Assembly (NCBI GenBank): GCA_964436465.1
Contig: CAYTCV010000002.1
Coordinates: 34,345 to 98,344, forward strand
Direction of reading: 5' to 3'
DNA: 64,000 bases
Source of the DNA: an uncultured bacterium
GTDB lineage: Bacteria > RBG-13-66-14
In this document: positions 39,049 to 47,982 of the stretch, one piece after another
Position numbering within the stretch: the first letter of the stretch is position 1
Layout of the letters: each line of letters begins with the position of its first letter
Translations under genes and position numbers: made by a program
Notes under the pieces: generated by a model
Databases searched by the model: none
Seen by the model: the letters and a program-made list of their open reading frames with translations, nothing else
Told to the model about the DNA's origin: nothing

Positions 39049-39924
39049 CTAGGCTTGAAATCCGCGGTGGAGCCCCAACCCCCGCGCGAAACTTCTGATG
39101 TCCTCCATCTCGCCGGGCGTGAGTCGCCGGTTCAGGTCCCCGTACTCCCCCGCCCGGTGGCACGGGCGGTACTGGTCCATGATGTTGACGTAACTCTCCG
39201 GGGACAGCTCCGCGATGAACCGCAGGACGCCCCGGGAGTCGGCCAGGCAGGCCGGGAGGACCAGGTGGCGGATTAACAGCCCCTTCCGGGCGACTCCGCG
39301 TTCGTCGGTTTCCAGAATTCCCACCTGCCGGTGCATTTCCCGAAAAATCCCGACGCATTTCTCGAAGTAGTCCGGCGCTTCCGAAAGCTCACCGGCGGGG
39401 GCCTCGGGGCCGTATTTGAAGTCGGGCATGTAGATATCCACCAGGCCGTCCAGCAGCTCGACGACCTCCCGGCTCTCGTACCCCCCGCAGTTCCACACCA
39501 GCGGCACCCGCAGGCCCATTTCTCGGGCGAGCCTCACCGCCTCGGCCAGCGGGGGGGCGATGTGCGTCGGTGTCACGAGATTGACGTTCTCGCAGCCGTT
39601 TCGTTCCAGGGTGAGCATCAGCCGGGCCAGCTCCTCGGCTCCCGCGGGTTTCCCCGCCGCCCGCTGGCTGATGTCGGCGTTCTGGCAGAAGAGGCAATGG
39701 AGGTTACAGCCGCCGAAGAAGATTGTCCCCGAGCCGCCGCGCCCGACCAACTCCGGCTCCTCCCCGAAGTGGGGACCGGCGGAGGTGACCCGCGGCACCG
39801 GCCCCACACCGCAGGACCCCTTTTCCCCAGCCGTCCGGTCCACCCCGCACGCTCTGGGACACAGGGCGCAATCCCGGTAAATCTCTCCGAGGCGTCGCTG
39901 CGATGCGTCGCGGTGTGCGGTCAT
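39049..39924 (-). CDS. Radical SAM protein, PflX-like
   Basis: CALCPRAC.V.R..G..G.C, GCNLHCLFCQN (CxxxCxxC), NLVTPTH, DIYMPDFKY, RHLVLP, MDQYRP. Confidence 0.85.
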   Translation of the reverse strand: MTAHRDASQRRLGEIYRDCALCPRACGVDRTAGEKGSCGVGPVPRVTSAGPHFGEEPELVGRGGSGTIFFGGCNLHCLFCQNADISQRAAGKPAGAEELARLMLTLERNGCENVNLVTPTHIAPPLAEAVRLAREMGLRVPLVWNCGGYESREVVELLDGLVDIYMPDFKYGPEAPAGELSEAPDYFEKCVGIFREMHRQVGILETDERGVARKGLLIRHLVLPACLADSRGVLRFIAELSPESYVNIMDQYRPCHRAGEYGDLNRRLTPGEMEDIRSFARGLGLHRGFQA

Positions 39925-42275
39925 CGGTCCAGGGCGGCCAGGCCGCGGCGGGCGTACTCCAGCAGTACCGACCCGGGGTAGCCGCTCATCAAGCCCGTCA
40001 GGTCGGCGACGGCGCCCTCGGCGTTTTCGAGAAAATCGGCGTCGAGCCAGGCCGCCAGGGCCAGCGCTCGGTCGCCCGTGCCTTCGGTGCCGGTGGTGAT
40101 GACGTCCGCGAGTACGTCGCGGGCTGAGGTGTAATCCCCCTCCCCGGCCAGGAGGTCGGCCAGTTGGACGGCCGCCTCGTCGCCCAGCGGACCGCCGCCG
40201 GCCAGGGCGTCACGGAGGCGGCGTTCCTCTGCGGACGAATCGCCCCGGTAGCCGGCCAGGTAAGCTTCCACCAGGTCGGCGAGCGTCGCCTTCTCACCGG
40301 GGCTCTCGGCGAAGCCCGAGGCCAGGACCAGGCGCAGGAGGTCCGTAGACCGGGGGTCCTCGGCGTTCAGCGCGATGTACCGCCGGACCCGATTTACGAC
40401 CGGACCCGGGTCGAAGGACGGGTCTGCGTTCAGCGTCTCCGCCAGGTGCGCGAGCTGCAGGAGCGTCAGCTGGTAGTGCAGCTCCGGTTCGGCCGGCTCT
40501 TCGAGGTCGTCCGGCGTCCGCCCGGTGAGTCCCCAGGCCCGTTCCGGCTCGTCCAGCCGCAGGGCGGCCTCGATACGCGCGGCGAGCAGCTCCTCCCCGT
40601 CGGGGCCGTACCCGCGGTCCGCCGTAATTTCACCCAGCAGTGCCTCCGCCTCGGCGGGCCGACCGCCGCGCAGGAGGAAGAGGGCCGTCCGCCATTTCAG
40701 CTCACCGTCGGTGGGGTTCAGGGCGAGGATTTCACCGGGCTCGCAGTCTCGAGCGCTCAGGTTATAAACGCAGGCGAGGGACAGACCGGCGGATGCGAGC
40801 GCCCCCCGGGCGGCGTCGGTCAGGCCCTGCAGCCCGGCCAGCCGCAGGGCGGCTTCGAGCGCCATCTCCGGCAGTCCGGCCTGTCCCAGGGCGTTCACCA
40901 GCTCGAGGGGGAGGATTCCGCCGGCGCCGACGAGCCAGGGGGTGATGTCGGCGTTCTCGGTGAAGAAGGCGGTCATGGAGCGGATTTCGTCCTCGACGAC
41001 CCGACGGGCGCGCTCGTCCAGTACCGGCGTCGGCCTCTCTTCGCGCCAGGGGTGGGGCAGCGGTCCGGGACCGTCCTCCTCGGTGACCAGGGCCCAGGGC
41101 GAGAGGGCGAGGACCAGGCGTACTCGGCTGTACACCGGCTCCTCGCGGCCCTCGAGGGTGTCCAGGGCGATGAGCGCCGTCTCCTCCTTCTCCCCGAAAT
41201 TTCCGAAAAAACCGACGGCCCAGGAGCCGGGACCCTCCTGGGAAATGGCCTCGATGCAGGTTTCGGCGGCATCCCGGTAGCGCCCGAGGGCGAAGAGGAG
41301 CCGGACGACGTCCCGACTGTAATCCGCCGAATCGCCGGTGGGCGGATTTTCCAGCAGTCGGAGCGCCTCCTCGTTGAGGCCGTGGTCGGAAAAAATCCGC
41401 GCCACCGTCCGCACGTCGCCCGGCCGCAGGTTGGGCCGGTCCAGCTTCGCCCGCCAGCTTTCCAGCGCCTCGTCCACGCGTCCCAGGGAGAAGAGGCATT
41501 CCCCCCGCTCGACGTACACCCGGTCGTCCCGGGAACCGTCCTGGCCCTCCCACAGCCCGAGGGCCTCGCCGGCGCGGCCCAAAGCGCGCAGCCTTTCGCT
41601 CGCCTCGCAGCGGAACTCCACCCGGTCCGGGTCCAGCTCGACCCGGTGCAGCGCCTCGGTCACCGCCACCTCGGGTCCCCGGGCGGACTCGGTCAGGCGG
41701 AGCCAGGTCTTCCAGGTGCCCAGGTCGAATGCGTAGGGGTCCCCCCCGTAGGAGGCCAGGGCGAGCTCGGCGATTTCCGGTCGGCGGGCCAGGTCGTCGA
41801 GCACGTTCCGGCACCGGGCGGGCTGGGAACCGGCCACCCGGGCGGCGGCCTCGAAGGCGTTTTTTTCCAGGAGCCGCTTCGCCAGTACGCCCGCCACGTC
41901 GTTCCATGCGTTGCGGCGCTCCGCGGCCTCGAACCAAAGCTGGAGGTCGGAGGGGTTTTGGGCGAAATAATCCCCCAGGGCCAGGGCGGCGGAGTCCAAT
42001 CCGCCCGGAGCCCGCTCGGGCAGCTCGAAAAGCCTGCCCAGGGCCTGTCGTCCCTCGCCCAGCTCCCGGCGCCAGAGGAAAATCTGGGTCTCGAACCGGC
42101 CCAGCTTGTCGGGATGAACCTCGCCCGCGTCCGCGGCCCGGGTCAGAATTTCCGCCGCCCCCGCGTAATCCCCGGAGTCGGCGGCGGACTGGGCCTCGGA
42201 CCAGGCATCCGCTGCGGCCGGCTTGACCAGCAGGAGGATGACCCATATAATTTTGTGAAACCGAGGTGACAACAT
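39921..42275 (-). CDS. Large exported TPR-like protein
   Basis: Signal-like N-terminus; Ala/Leu/Glu/Arg-rich helical repeats; 4-bp overlap with the PflX-like gene. Confidence 0.65.
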   Translation of the reverse strand: MLSPRFHKIIWVILLLVKPAAADAWSEAQSAADSGDYAGAAEILTRAADAGEVHPDKLGRFETQIFLWRRELGEGRQALGRLFELPERAPGGLDSAALALGDYFAQNPSDLQLWFEAAERRNAWNDVAGVLAKRLLEKNAFEAAARVAGSQPARCRNVLDDLARRPEIAELALASYGGDPYAFDLGTWKTWLRLTESARGPEVAVTEALHRVELDPDRVEFRCEASERLRALGRAGEALGLWEGQDGSRDDRVYVERGECLFSLGRVDEALESWRAKLDRPNLRPGDVRTVARIFSDHGLNEEALRLLENPPTGDSADYSRDVVRLLFALGRYRDAAETCIEAISQEGPGSWAVGFFGNFGEKEETALIALDTLEGREEPVYSRVRLVLALSPWALVTEEDGPGPLPHPWREERPTPVLDERARRVVEDEIRSMTAFFTENADITPWLVGAGGILPLELVNALGQAGLPEMALEAALRLAGLQGLTDAARGALASAGLSLACVYNLSARDCEPGEILALNPTDGELKWRTALFLLRGGRPAEAEALLGEITADRGYGPDGEELLAARIEAALRLDEPERAWGLTGRTPDDLEEPAEPELHYQLTLLQLAHLAETLNADPSFDPGPVVNRVRRYIALNAEDPRSTDLLRLVLASGFAESPGEKATLADLVEAYLAGYRGDSSAEERRLRDALAGGGPLGDEAAVQLADLLAGEGDYTSARDVLADVITTGTEGTGDRALALAAWLDADFLENAEGAVADLTGLMSGYPGSVLLEYARRGLAALDR

Positions 42276-43068
42276 GTCGTCGAGGGTACGTTTCTTTTAC
42301 GCCCTGGGTTTACTCGCCGCCTACGTCCTCCTGGCCGCGACCCACTGGCTGGGCGGAGCCAACGTGGCCTACGAACTTTTTTACCGGCTGATTACCTTCG
42401 TCGTGGTCGGCATCGCCGCACCGCTGGTCTGGCTCAAGCTCAATCGGATTCCGGCCGAGCCCGGGGCGAGCATCTACCGACAGCTTCTCGTCGCGGGCGC
42501 GGTCGCCGTCGCCGTGTTCTTCCTCTTTCCCGAGCTCACGTTCCCCTCGGGGTGGGCGGATGTCTGGGGCTGGGTTTCCAGCGCGGTGGCCGCGGCGGGG
42601 GTGGCCTACTTCGCCTACCGCTTTCTGCCGGCCTTTCTCGACTCGGGCGGTCTGACGGGGAGAATCGTCTGGGGGGCGCTGGCGGTGCTTGCCGTCGTGC
42701 CCACGACCCGCGGCGTCGTGGCGGCCGGTTTGGCGGGGATGCTGACCTGGGCGGCGGGGAGCTTCTGGCCGGCCGTGGCGCTCCTCACCGCCCTCTTCGC
42801 CGCCTTCGATTGCGGCGTGCCCGTGGAGGGGCTGTCCTCGACCGGACCCTGGTTAATCATCGCCCTGGCCGGTCTGGTCCCCCTCGTCCTCCTGACCCTC
42901 CGCGGCGCGACGGCGTACGAATCGCGCAAACAGGATGAAGCCGACGCGCTCGGTGACGTAAACCGCGAGGTAGATGAGCATCAGGGTCAGGGCGGCGGTG
43001 TAATCCCCCCGCACCAGCCCGGCCAGGAGGAAGCCGCCGACGAACAGGGCCGAGGCCAGGACGAATAG
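42274..43068 (+). CDS. Polytopic membrane protein, possibly degenerate CPBP/Abi-like
   Basis: About 7 hydrophobic segments; GSFWPAVAL resembles the CPBP GSLW motif. Confidence 0.5.
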   Translation: MSSRVRFFYALGLLAAYVLLAATHWLGGANVAYELFYRLITFVVVGIAAPLVWLKLNRIPAEPGASIYRQLLVAGAVAVAVFFLFPELTFPSGWADVWGWVSSAVAAAGVAYFAYRFLPAFLDSGGLTGRIVWGALAVLAVVPTTRGVVAAGLAGMLTWAAGSFWPAVALLTALFAAFDCGVPVEGLSSTGPWLIIALAGLVPLVLLTLRGATAYESRKQDEADALGDVNREVDEHQGQGGGVIPPHQPGQEEAADEQGRGQDE

Positions 43069-43167
43069 CACGTAACTCGAACGCCGACCCCCGAAGTAGA
43101 ACCGGTAATTCGCCAGGGATAACATCGCCACCCCCGCGACCAGCAGCGCCCACTCGTAAAGGCTCAC
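42853..43167 (-). CDS. Small membrane protein (3 TM), last gene of the polysaccharide locus
   Basis: GTGA overlap with the upstream GT stop; three hydrophobic helices. Confidence 0.55.
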   Translation of the reverse strand: MSLYEWALLVAGVAMLSLANYRFYFGGRRSSYVLFVLASALFVGGFLLAGLVRGDYTAALTLMLIYLAVYVTERVGFILFARFVRRRAAEGQEDEGDQTGQGDD

Positions 43168-44225
43168 CGACCCTCCAGCAGTTCCCGGTATACCCTCTCC
43201 AACCGGTTCAGGTATTCATCCAACCTCCAGCGCCGCTCGGCGGTTCGCCGGGCATTCTCCCCCATCCGACGCGCCAGGTCCGGCCGGGTTGCCAGCCGCT
43301 CCATCGCCCGGGCCAGCCTCCGGGGGTCGCGACGGGGGACCAGGAATCCCGTCCGGTCGTGCTCCACGAGCTCGGAAATGCCGCCCACGTCGGTGGCGAC
43401 CACGGGGAGCCCGGCGGCCAGACCTTCCCTCACCGACAGCGGCAGCGACTCGCGCAGGCTGGGGAGAACCAGGGCGTTCACGCGCCCGAGCAGCGCCGGC
43501 ATGTCCCGCTGAAACCCGAGGAACTTGACCCGGCTCGTCACGCCGAGACGCCTGGCCATCCGTTCCAGGGAGCGGCGGGCGGGGCCGTCGCCGGCGAACA
43601 ACACGTCGAACGGAGCGTCACCGCTCATGTATACGGCCCGCAGGAGGTCGTCGTGCCCCTTTCGACCGTCGATGCGGGCCGGCATCAGAAAGGTGAAGCG
43701 GTCTCCGATTTCCTCGGGCTCGATGTCGAAGAAGGCGTCCGGCAGGCCGGTCTGCATGGTCAGGGCCCGGTCGTCGGGAAACCCGCACCGCCGGAAATTC
43801 CGCCGCTCGTAATCGGATACGAACAGCACCCGGTCGGCGGCCCACCGGAGCAACTCCGCCGCCAGGGGGTAGGACCAGCGCCGGTGGAGGTTGTGGATGG
43901 TCACCAGGACGGGCATCCCCCGCCCCAGACCCCTGCGTGCCGCGGCCGCCGGCAGGACCGCCTGGGTGTGGACCAGGTCGCAGCCCCTCTCGGCTACCAG
44001 CGCCGTCAGCTCCCGAGACAGACGCGCGAGGCCCGGGGGCGTGCGGCTGTGCGTCCGCAGCTCCACGACCTCCACGCCGCTGTCCTCGGCCTCGGGGGAG
44101 AGAGCGCCGCCGTGCGAAGCCAGCGTTACGCGGTGCCCGCGACGCACGAGCCCACCCGCCAGCGCGATGGTGTCCCGTTCGGCGCCGCCGGCGATGAGGT
44201 GGGGGGTGATGAGTAAAACACGCAT
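43164..44225 (-). CDS. GT4 glycosyltransferase
   Basis: MRVLLITP..IAGGAE, ARIDGRKGH, ESLPLSVREGLAAG, ATDVGGI; ATG lies 1 bp after the upstream stop. Confidence 0.88.
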   Translation of the reverse strand: MRVLLITPHLIAGGAERDTIALAGGLVRRGHRVTLASHGGALSPEAEDSGVEVVELRTHSRTPPGLARLSRELTALVAERGCDLVHTQAVLPAAAARRGLGRGMPVLVTIHNLHRRWSYPLAAELLRWAADRVLFVSDYERRNFRRCGFPDDRALTMQTGLPDAFFDIEPEEIGDRFTFLMPARIDGRKGHDDLLRAVYMSGDAPFDVLFAGDGPARRSLERMARRLGVTSRVKFLGFQRDMPALLGRVNALVLPSLRESLPLSVREGLAAGLPVVATDVGGISELVEHDRTGFLVPRRDPRRLARAMERLATRPDLARRMGENARRTAERRWRLDEYLNRLERVYRELLEGR

Positions 44226-44226
44226 G

Positions 44227-45324
44227 TTACGCTTGGCCCAGGGCTTCCTCGTACAGGCGGCGGTGCAGCTCCATGTTCCGCTCGAAGGAGAGCTCCCGGG
44301 CGACCCAGGCGCGGGAATTATCGGCCATCCGTCGGGCCTCCCCGGGATTTTCCAGCAGGCGGGAGATGGCCGCGGCGCAGCCGTCCACGTCGCCGATTTC
44401 GAAAACCAGCCCCCGGTCGCCGTCCGTAACGAGCTCCGTGCTCCCCCCGGCTCTCGATACGACGCAGGGAACGCCGGCGGCCTGGGCTTCGATGACCGCG
44501 TTGGGCAGCCCCTCGGAGAGGCTCGAATGGCAGAAAACATCCGCCGAGGCCAGCACGCCCCTCACGTCGTCGGTCAGACCGAGAAGCCGCACCTCTTCTT
44601 CCAGTCCCAGTTTACGGACGAGCGCCTCGACGGCGGGGCGGAGGCGGCCTTCTCCGGCGAAGAGGGTTCGGATTCCGGGGTACGTGCCCTTCAGGCGGGC
44701 GGTCGCCCGCACCAGGGTCTGGGGGTCCTTGGGGTGTCTGATGTTGGCCACCATCACCACCACCGGTCCCGAGCCCAGCCCGAGCTTCCGCCTGGCCTCC
44801 CCGCGCTCGTCATCCGTCACGGGATTCCCGGCTTCTATACCGTTGTAGATGACCCGGAGCCTTGACTCCGGGCCACCCCCCGAGAGAACCATCTCCCCCA
44901 CCGCCCGGGAGTTGACCTCAATCAGCTCCGCCCTCCGCCAGTACCACCGGCAGGCGGTCAGGTGATACCAGCGTTTCCAGGGCTCCAGCCCCCCCTCGAA
45001 GACGACCGCCTTCCTCCCCGTTCTGCGGGCCGCGGCCACGGCGTAGAGATTCCCCGAGAAGAGCTGGCCCGCCACCAGCGGCCAGTCTTCGGTTTCCAGC
45101 TTCCGCGCCAGGGCCCGGAGACGGGCCAACCCCCGGGGGCGGCTCGGCAGGTTCACCACGGGGCAGGGGTGAGCGATGCGGGTAACGGCATCTTCCCAGT
45201 CGTTACCCAGGACCAGGATTTCCACCCTCCATTCAGCGAGGGCCTCGCGACTGGCGACGCCCGCGAGCTGTTTCTCCGCGCCGGCCAGACACCAGGGTCC
45301 GATGACGTGAAGAACCGATGGGCG
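44227..45324 (-). CDS. GT4 glycosyltransferase; 5' end lacks an in-frame start (first in-frame GTG is 45225)
   Basis: VLHVI...AGAEKQL motif lies in frame upstream of 45225; KDPQTL, EGLPNAVIEA. Confidence 0.75.
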   Translation of the reverse strand, partial: RPSVLHVIGPWCLAGAEKQLAGVASREALAEWRVEILVLGNDWEDAVTRIAHPCPVVNLPSRPRGLARLRALARKLETEDWPLVAGQLFSGNLYAVAAARRTGRKAVVFEGGLEPWKRWYHLTACRWYWRRAELIEVNSRAVGEMVLSGGGPESRLRVIYNGIEAGNPVTDDERGEARRKLGLGSGPVVVMVANIRHPKDPQTLVRATARLKGTYPGIRTLFAGEGRLRPAVEALVRKLGLEEEVRLLGLTDDVRGVLASADVFCHSSLSEGLPNAVIEAQAAGVPCVVSRAGGSTELVTDGDRGLVFEIGDVDGCAAAISRLLENPGEARRMADNSRAWVARELSFERNMELHRRLYEEALGQA

Positions 45325-45325
45325 C

Positions 45326-46774
45326 TCACGCCACGCTTCTATCGTGGTCCTTTTCGTCAGCCACCTCCCCCTCCTTCGCCGGACGGGATAGCTTTTCCAT
45401 CGCTATATCGTACGCCACCATGGGCAGCGCGAGGTAGAGATACAGATACTTGGTATACGTACCCAGCATGAAGCTGAATATCATGTAGGACGTGAAGGAG
45501 AGCGTCGTCGCCGTGGACAACAGACGAATACCCTGATGACCGGCCAACCGGGCCAGTTTTACCGCGCGAATACCAGACCGGAAGACGAGGTAAACCAGAA
45601 TCACGAAGGGGATGAATCCGATGAGGCCGAACTCGACGAAGATCTGGAGAATCGTCGAGTGCTCCCCGAGGCGCCCCCGTTTGATGATGTAACCTCCCAG
45701 AAGCTTTTCGGGGGTGGTTCGGTACTGCTGGTATCCCACGCCGAATATGGGATTTTCCAGGAAGAAGCGGATGGAGGTGTCCACCTGTCGTTTTCGAATC
45801 ATGACCGAGCGTTCCATGTCCCCGTTCCCTAAGAGGGAGTTCAGGGTTTCGATTCGCGCCCAGTAATCGAAGGGGATGAACGCGATGATGAGCAAGACGG
45901 TCAGCAGCAGCATTATCAACCGGTTTCTCATTTTTATCGTCGGGATGAAGAAGATAAGCAGGAGGACGAAAGCCAGGGTGATGAAGCCGGCGCGGGAGAA
46001 GGAGATGATAACGGCGATGAACGTGAGGAGGCCCATCACGATAAAAAAGGCACGCAATAATTTATTCTTTTGGTACCCGACGAGATATACAGCGAAGGGG
46101 AGAGCGACCAGTGTGTAGCAGGCGTATTCGTTGGGGTCGTAGAAGTTCGACGAGATTCTGCCGACATTCGGTATCGTGAGATACTGGTACAGCCCCAGCG
46201 CGCTGTCCAGTCCTCGGGCCAGAAGGATGACAACGAGCAGCCACCATAACCGCTTTTCCGTGTCCACGTATACGCGTGCCAGGACGAACAGAAGAAGGAA
46301 TTGAAGGTGCTGCTCGATGAACGCGGACTGGGGATTTCGGTTGAAGATGGTCGAGACGGCGCCGGCTAGAATCAAGATGAGGACCACGAGTCCCCGTTTG
46401 TCGAAGGCCCGTCTTAACCTCCGCCCGTACTCCGGTGTTCTGACAGCCGTTACGGCGAGGGTTACGGCGACGAGGATAACCCCGCCGATTTTGGCCAGGG
46501 TGAAGGTGCTGTTGCCGATGAAACCGTAGGGGAGGAGGTTGACGAGGAATACATAACCGAGGAAAGCGGCGAAGGGATATTTCAGGGAGAGGCCCAGCAG
46601 GATGGCGCCTACCACCGCATAGCCGACGTAGTAGTAGGGCAGGTGCAACACGAAGCAGACGACCAGGTACGCCGCCGCCAGCAGCACGCACGCCGTGAGA
46701 TTGCGGTGCCGATGGGTGTATTCCAGCAATCTCTCGCCGGGCCTTTGAAATATACCTGGTTGCGAAATGCTCAT
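45326..46774 (-). CDS. O-antigen ligase / Wzy polymerase family protein
   Basis: Many TM helices; DPNEYA, SFSRAGF, NPIFGVGY, HSTILQIFVEFGLIG. Confidence 0.85.
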   Translation of the reverse strand: MSISQPGIFQRPGERLLEYTHRHRNLTACVLLAAAYLVVCFVLHLPYYYVGYAVVGAILLGLSLKYPFAAFLGYVFLVNLLPYGFIGNSTFTLAKIGGVILVAVTLAVTAVRTPEYGRRLRRAFDKRGLVVLILILAGAVSTIFNRNPQSAFIEQHLQFLLLFVLARVYVDTEKRLWWLLVVILLARGLDSALGLYQYLTIPNVGRISSNFYDPNEYACYTLVALPFAVYLVGYQKNKLLRAFFIVMGLLTFIAVIISFSRAGFITLAFVLLLIFFIPTIKMRNRLIMLLLTVLLIIAFIPFDYWARIETLNSLLGNGDMERSVMIRKRQVDTSIRFFLENPIFGVGYQQYRTTPEKLLGGYIIKRGRLGEHSTILQIFVEFGLIGFIPFVILVYLVFRSGIRAVKLARLAGHQGIRLLSTATTLSFTSYMIFSFMLGTYTKYLYLYLALPMVAYDIAMEKLSRPAKEGEVADEKDHDRSVA

Positions 46775-47982
46775 CTGGTATTGACCGGTTGGGCGGCTAC
46801 GTAATCGTACAGCTCGAGGAGGTCCCGGGCCAGAAGCGGCCAGTTGTACCGTTCGTCAATCCGTTTCAAACCCGATTCTCCGATTTTCCTCCGCATGTCC
46901 GCATCGTCGAGAAGCATAGCACAGGCGCGGACCAAATCGGCATCGGTTTCAGCCACCAGGGCGTCTCGACCGGGGATGAACTCGATTCCCTCCATGGTCT
47001 TGGGCGTGGCCACGAGGGGCCTGGCGGCGACCCAGGCTTCCGGCACCTTGTTCTTGAATCCCACGCCGTACGACAGCGGGCTGCAGTACACCGACCCCCG
47101 GGCGAGCCACTCCGGCACCGATTCCACCCGACCGGTGATGACGTTGCCGGGATTGCCCGCGGCGGCCCCGGCCATGCGCCGGGTGGGGTGGTTTCCGACG
47201 ATGAAAACCTTGAGTTTAGGCCACTTCCCGCGCAGCGGGGGCGCAATCCTTCCCAGGAGCCTCAGCGCGGCCAGCTCGTTCGGGGGGTAATCGAAGGCGC
47301 CGCTGAATACGAGGCTGGGGAATTCCTCGGTCGGCGGTCCGGGAGCCAGGGTGAGGTGGTCGGCGCCGTTGGATATGACGCCCACGTGCAGGGCGGGGTT
47401 CAGCTTCTTCACGGCCCGGGCTTCCACGGCGGTGCACATCCCCACGGCGTCGTAATAACCGTACATGCGCGGCTCGGCGTATCTGAACCTCAGCAAGTCG
47501 ATGGCGAGGAACGGTTTCCTGTGCCAGGGAGCCAGTTTGAGGTTTTCCATGTAGTTTCGATAAAATGCGTCGTGCGGCATAATCAGCCGCGGCGGCGTTT
47601 TCAGGCCCACGATGGAGAAACCGGGGAAACAGCCCTCCACGTGCAGCAGGTCATATTTATTTTCGCCCAGGGCCCGCTTCACGGCGCCCCGGATGGGCGC
47701 ATTGCGGATGAAGGAGAGGGGGAGGGGGAACGGGTCTACGATAGAGCGTAGTTTATCTCGGAAACTCGGTCGGTATAGATACGGCACTACGTTTATGCTG
47801 CGGGCATGGGGGCGCAGGCCGTCTATATCCTTTTGCACGGGCAGGGCGGGTGGGAAGAGGAGGAGGTCCACCCGGTGGAATTTGGATACTTCGCGCAGGA
47901 GGTGGAAAAGCTTGCTCTCACCCCCGCCTACGGGGGGGTAGGGCATGAGTGTCGAAACGCAGAGTACCCTATATCCCCGCAC
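46771..47982 (-). CDS. GT4 glycosyltransferase (sugar transferase of EPS loci)
   Basis: PYPPVGG, FSGAFDYPPN, GVGFKNKVPEAW. Confidence 0.82.
   Translation of the reverse strand: MRGYRVLCVSTLMPYPPVGGGESKLFHLLREVSKFHRVDLLLFPPALPVQKDIDGLRPHARSINVVPYLYRPSFRDKLRSIVDPFPLPLSFIRNAPIRGAVKRALGENKYDLLHVEGCFPGFSIVGLKTPPRLIMPHDAFYRNYMENLKLAPWHRKPFLAIDLLRFRYAEPRMYGYYDAVGMCTAVEARAVKKLNPALHVGVISNGADHLTLAPGPPTEEFPSLVFSGAFDYPPNELAALRLLGRIAPPLRGKWPKLKVFIVGNHPTRRMAGAAAGNPGNVITGRVESVPEWLARGSVYCSPLSYGVGFKNKVPEAWVAARPLVATPKTMEGIEFIPGRDALVAETDADLVRACAMLLDDADMRRKIGESGLKRIDERYNWPLLARDLLELYDYVAAQPVNTR

Noticed and set aside
40164-42269. 701-aa plus-strand ORF
   Set aside because: Antisense shadow of the TPR-like gene with Gly/Arg/Pro-biased composition.
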